From the human T2T-CHM13v2.0 reference genome, Homo sapiens, in NCBI GenBank assembly GCA_009914755.4, contig CP068257.2, forward strand, positions 42,432,001 to 42,496,000: a stretch of 64,000 nt of DNA, read 5' to 3'. Positions within the stretch are counted from its first letter, which is position 1; every line of letters starts with the position of its first letter. The notes below the pieces were generated by a model, which searched no databases, had not been told where the DNA came from, and worked only from the letters and a program-made list of their open reading frames with translations. Made by a program: the position numbers and the translations under genes. Below are positions 1 through 12,289 of this stretch, one piece after another.

Positions 1-165
1 GAAAGAGAATGTACATAATCATGTAGTTTCCGTTGGCATTGGCCGGTTTGTAATTTCACAAGAGTCAGATGAGGTCATCTACCTGCAGTATGTGAAGGTG
101 AATGTAAAGTCATGTGACTGGACATGATGAAGATGAAGAGGGACTCTCGTTTCTTTCTGTTTAAG

Positions 166-242
166 CCAACACAGCTCAGAGTCCTTATAAGAAACTGAAA
201 GAAGCATTATCGTCAGTGGAAGCTTTTGAAAAACACTACTTA
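166..242 (+). CDS. TRAPPC10: TRAPPC10 internal coding exon (first in window). Peptide (A)NTAQSPYKKLKEALSSVEAFEKHYL
   Basis: Acceptor tttctgtttaag|CC at 164-165, donor TTA|gtaagt at 243-244. Frame continues into the next exon. Peptide recognised as the TRAPPC10 (TMEM1/EHOC-1) mid-C-terminal region. Confidence 0.8.
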
Positions 243-920
243 GTAAGTATTAACAAGTGTTCAATGTCTGTTCTGTGAATACCTGTCTCTAGAAGGCTTT
301 GCTACATGGCCTGTTGAGTTGGGAAGGAACTGGTGTGGGGGGCCCCTTCTTGTTGGTTTTTTTTAGTTTCTTTGGTACCTGGGGAGTTGTGGACAAAACA
401 TGGAGTAGTTCATCAAATGTGTATTAGTGCCCATGGTACCATGCTAGGCATGGAATCATCTTTGAATATTTACCGTTTTGTTCAAATTGGGTTTGCTCAC
501 ACAGAAATTATAAGAGAGGCTAGTGAATACTTTTCTTTGTAAAAAGGAGTAATTTGGACTTGGGCAGAGCTATTGTATTTGATTTTGAAAGACTTAAATT
601 AGCAAAACTTTAAAAAACGGTGTAGGCAGAAGTGTGGTGGGTCAGCGTCATTCCCGGGTCATGGGCAACTTGAGCGTTTGGTCTGCCCGTAATGGCTGTA
701 CCTCTTATACACACAAGTATGAAAAATACCCAGCATGTCACCCACGTGCAGAAAGTCCTTGGAAAAGTTAGATGTTTTGGATGAGTTTGTGGGTTTCTTT
801 TATTATTATGCTTCATAATTTATACACAGGTTACCAATTTTGCTTATATATTACAGAAAAATTCACAAAAATAGATGCAAAGGAAAAAATAATGTTACAT
901 TATTAGCAATGTCTTCTGCG

Positions 921-1210
921 GGCTGGGCATGGTGGCTCACGCCTGTAATTCAGCACTTTGGGAGGCTGAGGCAGGTGGATCACTTGAGGTCAGGAGTTTG
1001 AGACCAGCCTAGCCAACATGGTGAAATCCTGTCTCTGCTAAAGATACAAAAAATTAGCCGGGCCTGGTGGCGCCTGTAGTCCCAGCTACTTGGGAAGCTG
1101 AGGCACAAGAATCACTTCAACCTATGAGGCGGAGGTTGCAGTGAGCTGAGATCTCACCGCTGTGCTCCAGCCTGGGCGATGGAGCAAGACTCTGTCTCAA
1201 AACAAAAACC
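921..1210 (+). mobile_element. Alu (AluS-like), full length with A-tail
   Basis: Starts GGCTGGGCATGGTGGCTCACGCCTGTAAT... Confidence 0.9.
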
Positions 1211-1306
1211 CAACAATGTCTTTTGTGTGAGCTTTAGGTGAATAAATGTAGTATTTGTCCATCATTAAAAGTTCAAGTACATAATTGTGTTTTTACTTCC
1301 CCACAG

Positions 1307-1398
1307 GATTTGTCCCATGCCACCATTGAAATGTATACAAGCATTGGGAGGATTCGATCTGCTAAGTTTGTTGGAAAAGATCTGGCAGAGTTTTACAT
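1307..1398 (+). CDS. TRAPPC10: TRAPPC10 coding exon. Peptide DLSHATIEMYTSIGRIRSAKFVGKDLAEFY(M)
   Basis: Acceptor ttttacttccccacag|G at 1305-1306, donor AT|gtaattg at 1399-1400. Enters in phase 0 and leaves in phase 2, completed by G of the next exon to give Met. Confidence 0.8.
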
Positions 1399-2414
1399 GT
1401 AATTGATTTTGTACTTTTCTTTGAATTCTAAACATACAAATAACACGAGAAGATTTGTTATATATGGAGTTAGTATAAAGTGCACATAAATTTGTAGACT
1501 GAAAAGTGTAGATTCTCTTACCCAGTCCTCATAATTTTTTTTTCAGTTTCTTCTGAAAACCAGATGGAGAGATTTTCTGCTTGTTACTCTTAATAACTGT
1601 TATTGGTCTTTGAGGTTCTTTTATTTAATTAAATATATACATTTTTGTAACTAAGTTTAATTAAAGAATTATAAGACAGTATAATGGTGAGTAAATTGGC
1701 ATATAGATTCTTACATATTTTGTTATATAGCATTTCTCTAATTTTATCAAGTATTAAGAGGACTGAAAAACCTCAAGGCCATTGATGTAAAGCTACTGCA
1801 TGTGTCAGGTTCATGAAAGAGGGATGATCTAGGGATGACTGGAAGAAGGTGTGTACAAAGACTGCAGGGTTTCCATTCCAGCTCCAGCTTTGAAGTTTGA
1901 TTCCAGAAAAACTCAAAATTTAGCGTATTTCTGGTGTGTTTCATAAAATCAGACTATCAAAGAGAAGAAACCCCAGTGGGTCATGTGGTTACCATTTCAG
2001 AGTACTCAAAGGAGATACAAGCTATAAGGAAAAAGATGCTTGTTTTCATTTTCTAAAAAAAAAAAAAAAAAAAGTGATTGAAATGAGATCTTGAAATCTG
2101 TACTCAAGTGATTTCATTAGGTGAAGCAAGAAATGAGAATTGATTTGAACTGATGTGAATTGGCTGGAAAGGGATTCTTAGATCAGCTAAGTGAACTTTC
2201 TGGTTTTCCGGATGTGGTTGGAGCAGCTTTGCCGATTACCCACTGGTTAACAGCAGAGTCACAGCTAGAATGTAGCTCTCTTGAACTTCCATGCTGTGTA
2301 TCTGAAGAGGAAGGTGCTCCTTAAGGAAGCAGAGAGGCTTCTCGGGAAAGGGGAGGGGATCCTTGTTGCTCCTGAGGCTTTGACAAGCCCTTATTAATTT
2401 GCATTTTAAAGGCA

Positions 2415-2568
2415 GGCAAGGCCGCACACACCAGTAGTCCCAGCTACAGTGGAGGAGGCTGAGGCGGGAGGATCACTTGAGCTGAGGAGTTTGAGACTGC
2501 AGTGAGCTATGATCACACCACTGTATTCCAGCCTGAGTGACAGAGCAAGACCCCATCTTTAAAAAAAA
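2415..2568 (+). mobile_element. Alu right-monomer fragment
   Basis: Contains ...CCAGTAGTCCCAGCTAC...GCAGTGAGCTATGATCACACCACTGTATTCCAGCCTGAGTGACAGAGCAAGACCCCATC. Confidence 0.8.
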
Positions 2569-3177
2569 CAGTTGTGCTTTAAACTTTGCTTTGGGGGCCA
2601 AGTGTGGCTATTTTAATTCTCCGGCGTTCTCTGGAAGCTGGATCCTGTGGAGTGCTCTTTGCCTGAGTTTCCAAGTGGCTCTGTGCTCCCTTCCGCTTGC
2701 GCCCTGTAGACTGCTTCTGTGTTTCTGTGCCTTTAGTAGGTAGTGTAGACCCATACTTGGACTTCCTGGCTTCATTGCTGACTAGCAGTGTACTTGTGGA
2801 CAAGCCCTTCCTTCACCTTCTCTTAGCCTTGGCCCTCTTGCCTGTCAGCTTGAGATCATGAATGATAGGCTCACTTTCTTATCCTGAGATTCAGCTATGA
2901 AAGTTCCTCGACATGTGTATAAAGCCAGACCAACGATGTGTTGTGCTCTTATCACCACACGCTCATTTCTCAGATCTTTGCCTGGGAGTCTAATTATGTC
3001 GTCCTGAGTAGGTACTCTTTCTCACGGAGTGGGGTGGGTGGAAAAGGGCTATCTAGAGATGTTGAGTCTGTCCTGGCATGGGGTCTGGAGGATGGAGGCC
3101 AAAGCGGGAGAGATGGGGTTTCAGTGTGTTGATTATCCCTAGCTGTAATGAAAGCTACTGTTTGTTGACTTTGCAAG

Positions 3178-3318
3178 GAGGAAAAAGGCTCCACAAAAGG
3201 CAGAAATCTATCTTCAAGGAGCACTGAAAAACTACCTGGCTGAGGGCTGGGCACTCCCCATCACACACACAAGGAAGCAGCTGGCCGAATGTCAAAAGCA
3301 CCTTGGACAAATTGAAAA
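3178..3318 (+). CDS. TRAPPC10: TRAPPC10 coding exon. Peptide (M)RKKAPQKAEIYLQGALKNYLAEGWALPITHTRKQLAECQKHLGQIE(N)
   Basis: Acceptor ttgttgactttgcaag|G, donor GAA AA|gtatcc at 3319-3320. Phase continuity with flanking exons. The start could instead be 3181 (alternative AG 3 nt downstream). Confidence 0.75.
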
Positions 3319-3628
3319 GTATCCTTTAATGTTTTCATGAAGCAGGAAAATTATTTTCTGTTTATACGGCAACATTGCCCACAATCAATGTTTCATTCAC
3401 ACCTATTATTAAGGAGATAAAAGTCCTAACTTATACATATGTATTGTATAGAAAATGAATGAAATGTCTAGTCGATTTTTTATAATCTAATTTTGAGCCC
3501 TAGTAACTTAAAAAAAAAAAGCCCTTTGGCTTTTGAAGCCTCTGTGAAGGCCGTAGGAGACTTTGCATCCACTTCCCCCCGCACTCCTAAGTATGAGCCT
3601 CTCCACGCTCCTTACCTCTCCGCTCCAG

Positions 3629-3741
3629 CTACCTGCAGACCAGCAGCCTCTTAGCCAGTGACCACCACCTCACTGAAGAGGAGCGCAAGCACTTCTGCCA
3701 GGAGATACTTGACTTTGCCAGCCAGCCGTCAGACAGCCCAG
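3629..3741 (+). CDS. TRAPPC10: TRAPPC10 coding exon. Peptide (N)YLQTSSLLASDHHLTEEERKHFCQEILDFASQPSDSP(G)
   Basis: Acceptor cctctccgctccag|C at 3627-3628, donor CCA G|gtaagacc at 3742-3743. Phase 2 in, phase 1 out. Confidence 0.85.
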
Positions 3742-4118
3742 GTAAGACCAGTTCTTACAACTTGACTAGGAATATTTTCAAATATTACAGAAGTAAAAAA
3801 GAATACAAGATATACCAACCACTTACAGTAAACAGTTGCTAACATTTTGCTGTGTAGCTGACATGTATCTATGTCTTTCACCTGACTTTTTTTTTTATTT
3901 TTGCTTTAAGTCAAACTCTAGACCACATTAGATCTTCTAAAAATAAGGACAGTCTCTTAACCACACCCAAAGAATTAATAAGGTTCTAATATCATCTGCT
4001 AAGTAGGCCATATTCATATTTCCCTAATTGTCTTAAAGTATTTTATAAATCATTTTTAATGGAGTCCAACAGGATATCACATATTACATGTGGTTGTTAG
4101 ATCTCAGTTCTCTTTTAA

Positions 4119-4452
<334 letters not shown>

Positions 4453-4614
4453 TTTTTCTTCATTTTTTAAGATGGTGCTTTTTTTTTTTTTTAAAATGTA
4501 ACAGCATTATTGTGATATTCACAAACCATGTAATTCACTCATTTGAAGTTTATAATTCAATGGCTTTTAGTCTGTTTCAGGAATATGTGCAACCATTACC
4601 ACAGTCAATATTAT

Positions 4615-4619
4615 TGTTC

Positions 4620-4650
<31 letters not shown>

Positions 4651-5072
4651 TGACTATCTTGCTCTCTTGCCTGGGCTGGAGTGCAGTGGCACGATCCCAG
4701 CTCACTGTAGCCTCAACCTTCTGGAGTCAAGAGATCCTCTTACTTTGGCTTCCTGAGTGGCAGGGACCACAGGTGTGGGCCACCACACCCAGCTATTTTT
4801 TTTCTTCTCTGTCTCCCAGGTTGGAGTGCAGTGGCATGATTGTAGCCCACTGCAACCTCTGCTTTTTGGGCTCAATTGCTCCTCCCACCTCCACCTCCTG
4901 TGTAGCTTGGACTACAGGAGCATACCACCATGCCTGGCTAATTTTTGTATTTTTAGTAGAGATGGTTTTGCCATATTGCCCAGGCTGGTCTTTAACTCCT
5001 GAGCTCAAGGAATCTACACACCTCGGTCTCCCAAAGTGCTGGAATTACAGATGTGAGCCACCATGCCTGGCC
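4615..5072 (-). mobile_element. Two adjacent antisense Alu copies, a partial one at 4615-4795 and a full one at 4796-5072. Separate Alu fragment at 5125-5172
   Basis: Alu consensus segments in reverse orientation. Overlapping ORFs 4512..5108 are Alu artefacts. Confidence 0.85.
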
Positions 5073-5257
5073 ACCACAGTCAATTTTAAAACATATTTAT
5101 CACCCTAAAAAGAAACCCCATACTGTAATCCCCAAAGTGCTGGGATTACAGGCGTGAGCCACCACGCTGGGCCCCAGATGCTTGTAAGTGAATACACCCC
5201 AGCAGTCAATAACCACATCAACCTGACCCTGAAACTTCTAGGAACTTCTGCCTGCCC

Positions 5258-5497
5258 TGGGAGGCCGGGGCAGGCAGATCACTTGAGGTCAGGAGTTTGA
5301 GACCAGCCTGGGCAACATGGCGAAACCCTGTCTCTACAAAAAATTAGCCAGGTGTGGTGGCGGGCACCTGTAGTCCCAGCTACCCAGGAGGCTGAGGTAG
5401 GAGGATCGCTTGAGCCCAGGAGAACTGGGCTGTAGTGAGCCAAGATGGTGCCACTATACTATAGCCTGGGCGACAGAGCGAGACCCTGTCTCAAAGA
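5258..5497 (+). mobile_element. Alu, 5'-truncated
   Basis: Starts GGGAGGCCGGGGCAGGCAGATCACTTGAGGTCAGGAGTTTGAGACCAGCCTGGGCAACATGG... Confidence 0.9.
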
Positions 5498-6401
5498 AAG
5501 GGGGACAACAAAAGATCCATGTGGGTGGGTTTCTCGGGAGCATCATGACGTTAGTCTGTGGAGTCTTTAACGCGCCCAAGCTGACTGTTGGTAGAGCCGT
5601 GACCACATCTGCTGCTGCTTTGTATTTGAGACTATTTGAGTTGTGATGTTCCTGCCAACGTTCCTTGGTATCTCTATACGAATAAAATATTCCACAATCG
5701 TTTACTGTTTCTCATGATCTATGGCATCAGTCTTGGCAAGTCCTTTCGTTGATGAATATTTAATAAATACTTAACTGGTCACTTCTGCAGCCTTGTGTAT
5801 TTTCTAGACAAAACCAAGGTACTTACAGTTCGGTCAGAGAGAGAAGGGCCCAGAGAGAGCATTAGGCTCTCATTCCAGCAGCAACTGTAGACCTGGCTGG
5901 TTGCTGCCATCCTGGGCCTGGGGGCACAGAGGGGTCCTGCTTAATCGGCTGACTTTGTAGACTGGCAGACACCTGGGGTTTGTTTCCACATCACAGCAGG
6001 GCACTTGGGCATCTTCACTGAGCATGTTTTTAAGTAGGTGAGAAAATATTGGAATCCCTTGGAAATAGCTGTAGAAATTGGACTATTTACAAATTGTCGT
6101 TTGAAATTGAGAGGTAGTTGACCTGTATTTCTCTTAGGTTTGTCAAAGCAGACTTGAGAAGGTTAATTTCTGTACATTTTATGATTTCTAGGCATTACGT
6201 AGGTATTTGCTAATATTCTGCTTTTGATACAATAGCCTTTGGGGGGTGTGAAGATGGCAGGAGGCTGGGCTCAGCTGCTGTGCCCATCACTGCTGCTTGC
6301 TTCAGTCTGCTCTCGGTGATCTTACTGTGTCCGCGGCCTGCTGCTGCTTACTGTCAGGAAGTGTGACTTGGGGAGTCACTTACGATAATGTCTATTTACA
6401 G

Positions 6402-6916
6402 GTCATAAGATAGTGCTACCCATGCATTCCTTTGCACAACTGCGAGATCTCCATTTTGATCCCTCCAATGCCGTGGTCCACGTGGGCGGCGTTTTGTGCG
6501 TTGAGATAACCATGTACAGCCAGATGCCTGTGCCTGTTCACGTGGAGCAGATTGTGGTCAATGTCCACTTCAGCATTGAGAAAAACAGCTACCGGAAGAC
6601 TGCGGAGTGGCTTACCAAGCACAAGACGTCCAATGGGATCATTAACTTTCCACCCGAGACCGCACCTTTCCCTGTATCCCAAAACAGTTTGCCCGCGCTG
6701 GAGTTGTATGAAATGTTTGAGAGAAGCCCATCTGATAACTCCTTGAACACGACTGGGATTATCTGCAGAAACGTCCACATGCTCCTGAGAAGGCAGGAGA
6801 GCAGCTCCTCTCTAGAGATGCCCTCAGGGGTGGCTCTGGAGGAGGGTGCCCACGTGCTGAGGTGCAGCCACGTGACCCTGGAACCAGGGGCCAACCAGAT
6901 AACATTCAGGACTCAG
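6402..6916 (+). CDS. TRAPPC10: TRAPPC10 large coding exon, 515 nt, 171 codons: (G)HKIVLPMHSFAQLRDLHF...EPGANQITFRTQ
   Basis: Matches ORF-track frame 6413..7006. Acceptor tctatttacag|GT at 6400-6401, donor CAG|gtatgc at 6917-6918, so it ends in phase 0. Confidence 0.9.
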
Positions 6917-7735
6917 GTATGCGTTCAGGGTGGGAACTTGACTTTCAAGTTTGTAAAGCAGGGCCGTGGAGCTTACAAGAACTGTCTGGAGTGTGCTGTG
7001 AATTGAGTAGAGTCCTTTGTTCTCCTAACCCTGTTTTTGTCTCTGTCCTTATACAAAAATACACTGATGTTTTCTTTCGTGTTTTATACAATTTTCTGAC
7101 ATTTGATAAATTCTGAGTGAAGTTCTTAACGTAGATATTTGTTCTTAGATTAAGTTAGCTTTTTAACTCATTGGATTATTGGATTCAGTTAGCTTTCCCC
7201 CCTGCATATGAAAATACACACCCTCATTTGTTAAAATGAGCTTTCAAAGAAGGTGGTACACTTTCCCACTCAAACTTATTTTCCTTTTGTGGCTGGCTGG
7301 GTGTCAAAACTGGTGTTTCTCACCCACTCTAACATAAAGTTTTCTCTGACACAGGATATCCTGTAAGTTCCACTAACTCAACAGGATTTGGCCTGTGGAA
7401 AGTACAGCTATTTGTCACATTTTTTAGTCTAGGGCAGGGCTTAAATCTCGTGCTGAATGTCTCTACAATGCCACAAATACAGTTTAGATAAGTTGAAAAT
7501 ACCTTATTAAAGTTAAATTTAAGCATCAGTTACTCAGAAAATCACGAATTGAGAGATTCTGAGGGCCTTGTGAAGAGCCCAAGCTTAGAGGTTTAGGCAC
7601 AAGAGCAGGGGGTACAAGAGGGAAAGAAGTACAGGCCTTTCTGGAGTTCAGAGAGACCGCTGCACCGCGCTACCGCAGGAAGCTAACTGCAAAACTGGGT
7701 GACGTGGTTTCAAATGCCTGATTCTTTGACTCTAG

Positions 7736-7877
7736 GCCAAGGAACCTGGAACGTATACACTCAGGCAGCTGTGCGCCTCGGTGGGCTCCGTGTGGTTCGT
7801 CCTCCCTCACATCTACCCCATTGTGCAGTACGACGTGTACTCACAGGAGCCCCAGCTGCACGTGGAGCCGCTGGCTG
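7736..7877 (+). CDS. TRAPPC10: TRAPPC10 coding exon. Peptide AKEPGTYTLRQLCASVGSVWFVLPHIYPIVQYDVYSQEPQLHVEPLA(D)
   Basis: Acceptor ttctttgactctag|G at 7734-7735, donor GCT G|gtgagtgg at 7878-7879. Phase 0 in, phase 1 out. Confidence 0.85.
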
Positions 7878-9049
7878 GTGAGTGGGGTCCCCAGCCTTTG
7901 AGGAGGCGTGCTGCTGGGGCAGTTCTGAGGAGACCTGCTGAGATGCCAGGCTTCTCATAAGTTTTAGCTGTGTCTGCCTTTAAGAGATATTTTGGGTAAC
8001 ATAATGGAAATTTTGCCTGGGAACTAGCTGACTGCCTCTTTTGTTTATCTGAATGTTTGCTTTCCTGTAATTGCTTTTTCATGTTTAATAAACATGGTGT
8101 ATCTGAAAATAAGAAACACAGAAGAATTAGCTCTGAGAGTGGAAAAAAGAAACTCAAGGTATTTTTTTCTATTGGCTCACTCAACCTAATGGTCAATGCA
8201 GAGGACTTCTGGGCCCAAATGTGCAGGGATTTCCCCCTGCCAGCAAGCAAGCAGTCGGTCCTGCAATTCAGTTCTGACCCTGTCTACTGGAGCTGGCGTC
8301 AGACACCACAGGGTGAGGGCTCAGTCCCCAAGACAGTCCCCCCCTTCCCATGCCAGCCACCAGCCCAGGGTTCTTTTGCTTGTGCTCCTGACCAACTAGC
8401 TAGAAATCAGGGCTCTCACAACCCCCTTTCTGGGTTTGATGAATTTGTTAGAACAGCTCACAGAACTCAGGGAAACAGGTTGACTGGATTATTATAAGGG
8501 ATATAGATGAAGAAGTGTGGAGGGTGAGGTATGGGGAAAGGGGTGCAGAGCTTCCACGCCCTCCCTGGGCGCCACCCTCCAGGAACCTCCATGTGTTCAG
8601 CTGCCTGAAAGCTCTCCAGACCCTGTCCTTTGGTTTTTATGGAAGTGACATTACACAGGCATGATCGATTACACCACTGGCCACTGATGAGCAACTCGAC
8701 CTTCAGCCCCTCTTTCCTCCCTGGAGGTTGGGTGCCACTGCTGAAAGGCCCGACCCTCTAATCCTGCCCTGGTCATTCTGGTGACCAGTCCTCATCTTGA
8801 AGCTACCTTGGAGCTGCCAGCCTCCAATCAACTCATTAGCCTACAAAAAGACATCACTTTGGAGATTCTAAGGAATTTGGGAGCTAGTATGCCTGGAAAT
8901 GGGGTTGAAAACTACATGTGTATTTTACAGTGTCACATTAGGCCAAGAAGCAGCTAATGTCTACCACAGGGTTTCATAAATATGTATATAATTTCCTGCT
9001 TAGAAGTACGTTTCAAATGCTAAACACTAGATTTAGTTAGGATCTATAC

Positions 9050-9336
9050 TCAGATCCCAGCACTTTGGGAGGCCAAGGCTTTGAGACCAGCATGGGTAAG
9101 CCAGTCGGGGCAGGATGACAAAACCCCATCTCTGCAAAATAAAAAAATGAAGTAAATTAGCTGGGTGTAGTCGTGCGCCACGGCCTCTAGTCCTAGCTAC
9201 AGGCTGGAGCCCCAGCTGAGGCTCCTGCCTCAGCCTCCTGAGCCCAGGAGTTTGAGGCCTCAGGGAGCTGTGATTGCGCCACTGTTCTCCAGCGTGGGTG
9301 ACAGAACAAAACTCCATCTCTTAAAAAAAAAAAAAG
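9050..9336 (+). mobile_element. Alu, diverged and old
   Basis: Starts TCCCAGCACTTTGGGAGGCCAAGGC..., ends GTGGGTGACAGAACAAAACTCCATCTCTTAAAAAAAA. Confidence 0.8.
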
Positions 9337-10415
9337 TTTTCCTTTGAAAGGGTTGATTAAACTTGTCCGTCTGGCATGGCATTTGAGAAATTCAAAGCTA
9401 TTGTCCTTTCTGATAAGTTCTAAAATTGGAAGGAGTTGCTATAAACAAATGATTGAAGAACATGTGGCAGCTGAACAAGAGTGAGTGAATGTCTCCTTTG
9501 TTCGGGCTAGCAACGATTTATTTATTTGCCTGTTTCTTCTACGTGGAAAAAAATCACAAAGGGCATTTTTCTGTTATTCCCCCATTCCCCCTATTTTTCT
9601 GCATTTGTGCCTCTTGTGTGGCCACCAGCAAAGGCTGTCAGATGTGGGACACAGCAGTCAGTCTCTCCAGTGATTCTTCCATTGGAACATTGTGTAGAGA
9701 AGCTGAACTCGATTCCCGCAGGGGAGCCGAAGCACCAGCCAGCAGGCCCTGCCCTCCCCATGGCCCAGCGGCTGCAGTGCCAGGCTCATGGCCTGGCTCC
9801 TGCTTCCTGCCTAGTGTCCCCTGTCTCTGTCCACTCTCCCCCCGGTCCTGGTATCTTGCCTGCCTTCTGTCTTCCCTGCAGCAGGATTCTCAGAGGCCTC
9901 AGCTCACTCCTGCCTCTCATTGCTGTCTTGGAGTGAGGGGGAGCCACCTGACTGCTGACTGTTCTTAACCCAAAAGCCCGTGGCCTGAAGCTGAAAAATC
10001 CAGAGAAGGTTTTGAATATTTGAGCAGCACCAGCACAGTCAAGTTTTCTTTACAGTCTCTTCTTAAGCCTCATTATGTGATTCTCTTCTACTACTAATGG
10101 GCAGGCAAATTTTGTGACCCTCAGAGACGTAGTCATGATCATAATCCCTGACTTGCTGAACCAAGATGGGTATAAGACTCCTTGACTCACAGGATTCTTT
10201 TTTCCCCAGCAAGGTTCTCCTTCAACCCTGTAGTCCACATCATTGAGATGAAAAGTTAGGGCAGAAGGGAATGGAAGTAGAAGGAATTCATGGAGATCCC
10301 AAAGGAGCAAATCTTTCATAGTAAAAGAAATAGAGCCCCTTTCACCCCATTGCGGGCCCTGAGATGCTGTCTTCCGGTTGGCAGCGGTGCTGAGCCACGA
10401 TCTCTTTTCCTTTAG

Positions 10416-10574
10416 ATAGCCTTCTGGCAGGCATTCCTCAGAGAGTCAAGTTCACTGTCACTACCGGCCATTATACGATAAAGAATGGAGACAGCCTGCA
10501 GCTTAGCAATGCCGAAGCCATGCTCATCCTGTGCCAGGCGGAGAGCAGGGCTGTGGTCTACTCCAACACGAGAG
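10416..10574 (+). CDS. TRAPPC10: TRAPPC10 coding exon. Peptide (D)SLLAGIPQRVKFTVTTGHYTIKNGDSLQLSNAEAMLILCQAESRAVVYSNTR(E)
   Basis: Acceptor tctcttttcctttag|A at 10414-10415, donor AGA G|gtgagg at 10575-10576. The frame is anchored by ORF 10520..10723 (MLILCQAESRAVVYSNTRG...). Confidence 0.9.
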
Positions 10575-11312
10575 GTGAGGTGCCGCCCACCCAGGCCCAA
10601 GGAGGATGCCCACCTTGCCCTGCACTGTGTGGGTGTGAGGGTGAGCCTGGCCTTGCTGCCATCCTGCTGAGCGCCCCTCAACAGTGTCTGGAGTCCGTGT
10701 TCCATAGGAGCCCTGCGGCCTGATGCCTGTGCTGGGGTCCCATCTGAGGTGATAAACTGAGAGTGGTTCACACGCTGAGTGGCCGAGCAGTGCTTGTCTG
10801 GCTGAGGATTAGGAGATGGGGGTCACGGCTGGGGTCACGTTCCATGGTGATGCCTGCCAGACCCTGTCCCCCTTGGGCTGGCCCTGCTCCCGAGAAGCAA
10901 AAGCAGAGCAGCCCTTGCAGGTGCTGTTGAGAGCCCTGAGCACTCCCATCCTCCCAGCCACGAGGAAGGGGAAGGGGAGGACCCTGCTCCCCTGGGGTGG
11001 GGGTGGATCTGCGGATGAGCTGGAACGGGAGAAAGTCATGCAGGGACCTACACAGGACTTGGGTGGGCCCCGTGGGAAATGCCCTTTTCCTCTCTTCAGA
11101 TTGAGATCAATGATGGGTCTGGGCGCCTGCCTGCCGGCTTTCACACAGGGCTGCTCTGTCCTAGGGGCCTTGTTCTTGGGTTTGCCTGCCAGGTGCGCAG
11201 GAGCGGGAGAGGTTGAGCAGTGGCCTCACTGCTGGGCCATCACCTGCTGTAAGGAAAAGGACAAGTGAAACCGAGGGAACAGCTTTGAAGTGACTTTTTC
11301 TGTCCTTCGTAG

Positions 11313-11542
11313 AACAGTCTTCTGAGGCCGCGCTCCGGATTCAGTCCTCCGACAAGGTCACGAGCATCAGTCTGCCTGTTGCGCCTGCGTACCACGTGAT
11401 CGAATTTGAACTGGAAGTTCTCTCTTTACCTTCAGCCCCAGCACTCGGAGGGGAGAGTGACATGCTGGGGATGGCAGAGCCCCACAGGAAGCATAAGGAC
11501 AAACAGAGAACTGGCCGCTGCATGGTTACCACAGACCACAAA
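11313..11542 (+). CDS. TRAPPC10: TRAPPC10 coding exon. Peptide (E)QSSEAALRIQSSDKVTSISLPVAPAYHVIEFELEVLSLPSAPALGGESDMLGMAEPHRKHKDKQRTGRCMVTTDHK
   Basis: Acceptor ttctgtccttcgtag|A at 11311-11312, donor AAA|gtgagtag at 11543-11544. Phase 1 in, phase 0 out. Confidence 0.85.
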
Positions 11543-12289
11543 GTGAGTAGGGACAGTGGAGGAGCTTAGCTTGTGGGGCGTCCGCCGCCCGCCTGCCTGC
11601 TGGGAAAGGCGATGTAGCGATGCCTGCTGTTAGCCTGGCTCCTTCTGATTCCCGATGCCCTGGGCATGTGTTTAGCAGTTCTGTCTGTCTGTGAATCACC
11701 CTTTCTTAGATAAGGGGTGCATTTTTTGCAAGGGCAGAGACAAGCCAGCTCTACCTTTCCCTCTCAGTTCCAGGGGCCAGGGAGTTTGCTGTAAGAGGTT
11801 AGGGCCGGCTTAGGCATGAGGGGCGTAAAACTTGGGTCATGTCCATTAGACCGGTGACGAGGCCAGAGGAGGTCTGTGTCGTGTGTGCCTCGGTGTCTGT
11901 CCACTGAAACTCATAAGCTCAGCCACGGAGGAGCTGTCTCATTTTAGGCTTTGGTGCTGGTACTTACTGACAGTTACTTGAGAAAGATGTGATTTCGGTC
12001 CCAGAGCCACAGGATATCAGCTCATGGAATGTGTCGCTGCATCATGTTACTCAGGGTGTGCCCAAGTCTCGTAGCCCAGAAATCAATCCTGAGGGCCCTG
12101 AAACAGCCCAGGGGCCGCAGTATACGCCCAAGAGCAGCGGGGGCAAAGGGCAAGGCATGCCGTCTTTCCAAAGCACGGAGTCACCAGACAAGTCCACGCC
12201 TGAAGACGAATGTTGTAATGTTCAGCTTTTGAAGAACCTGAGGAAGTGTCTTTCCCTTAACTCACACAGACGTTCACCATTCACGAAGG

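Noticed and set aside
4512-5108. 198-aa ORF and several 60-150-aa ORFs elsewhere (for example 16925..17374, 14585..14794, 18680..19036) with recurring [17 protein letters not shown] or PGWSAVA motifs
   Set aside because: These are the well-known pseudo-ORFs of Alu elements in both orientations, not genes.
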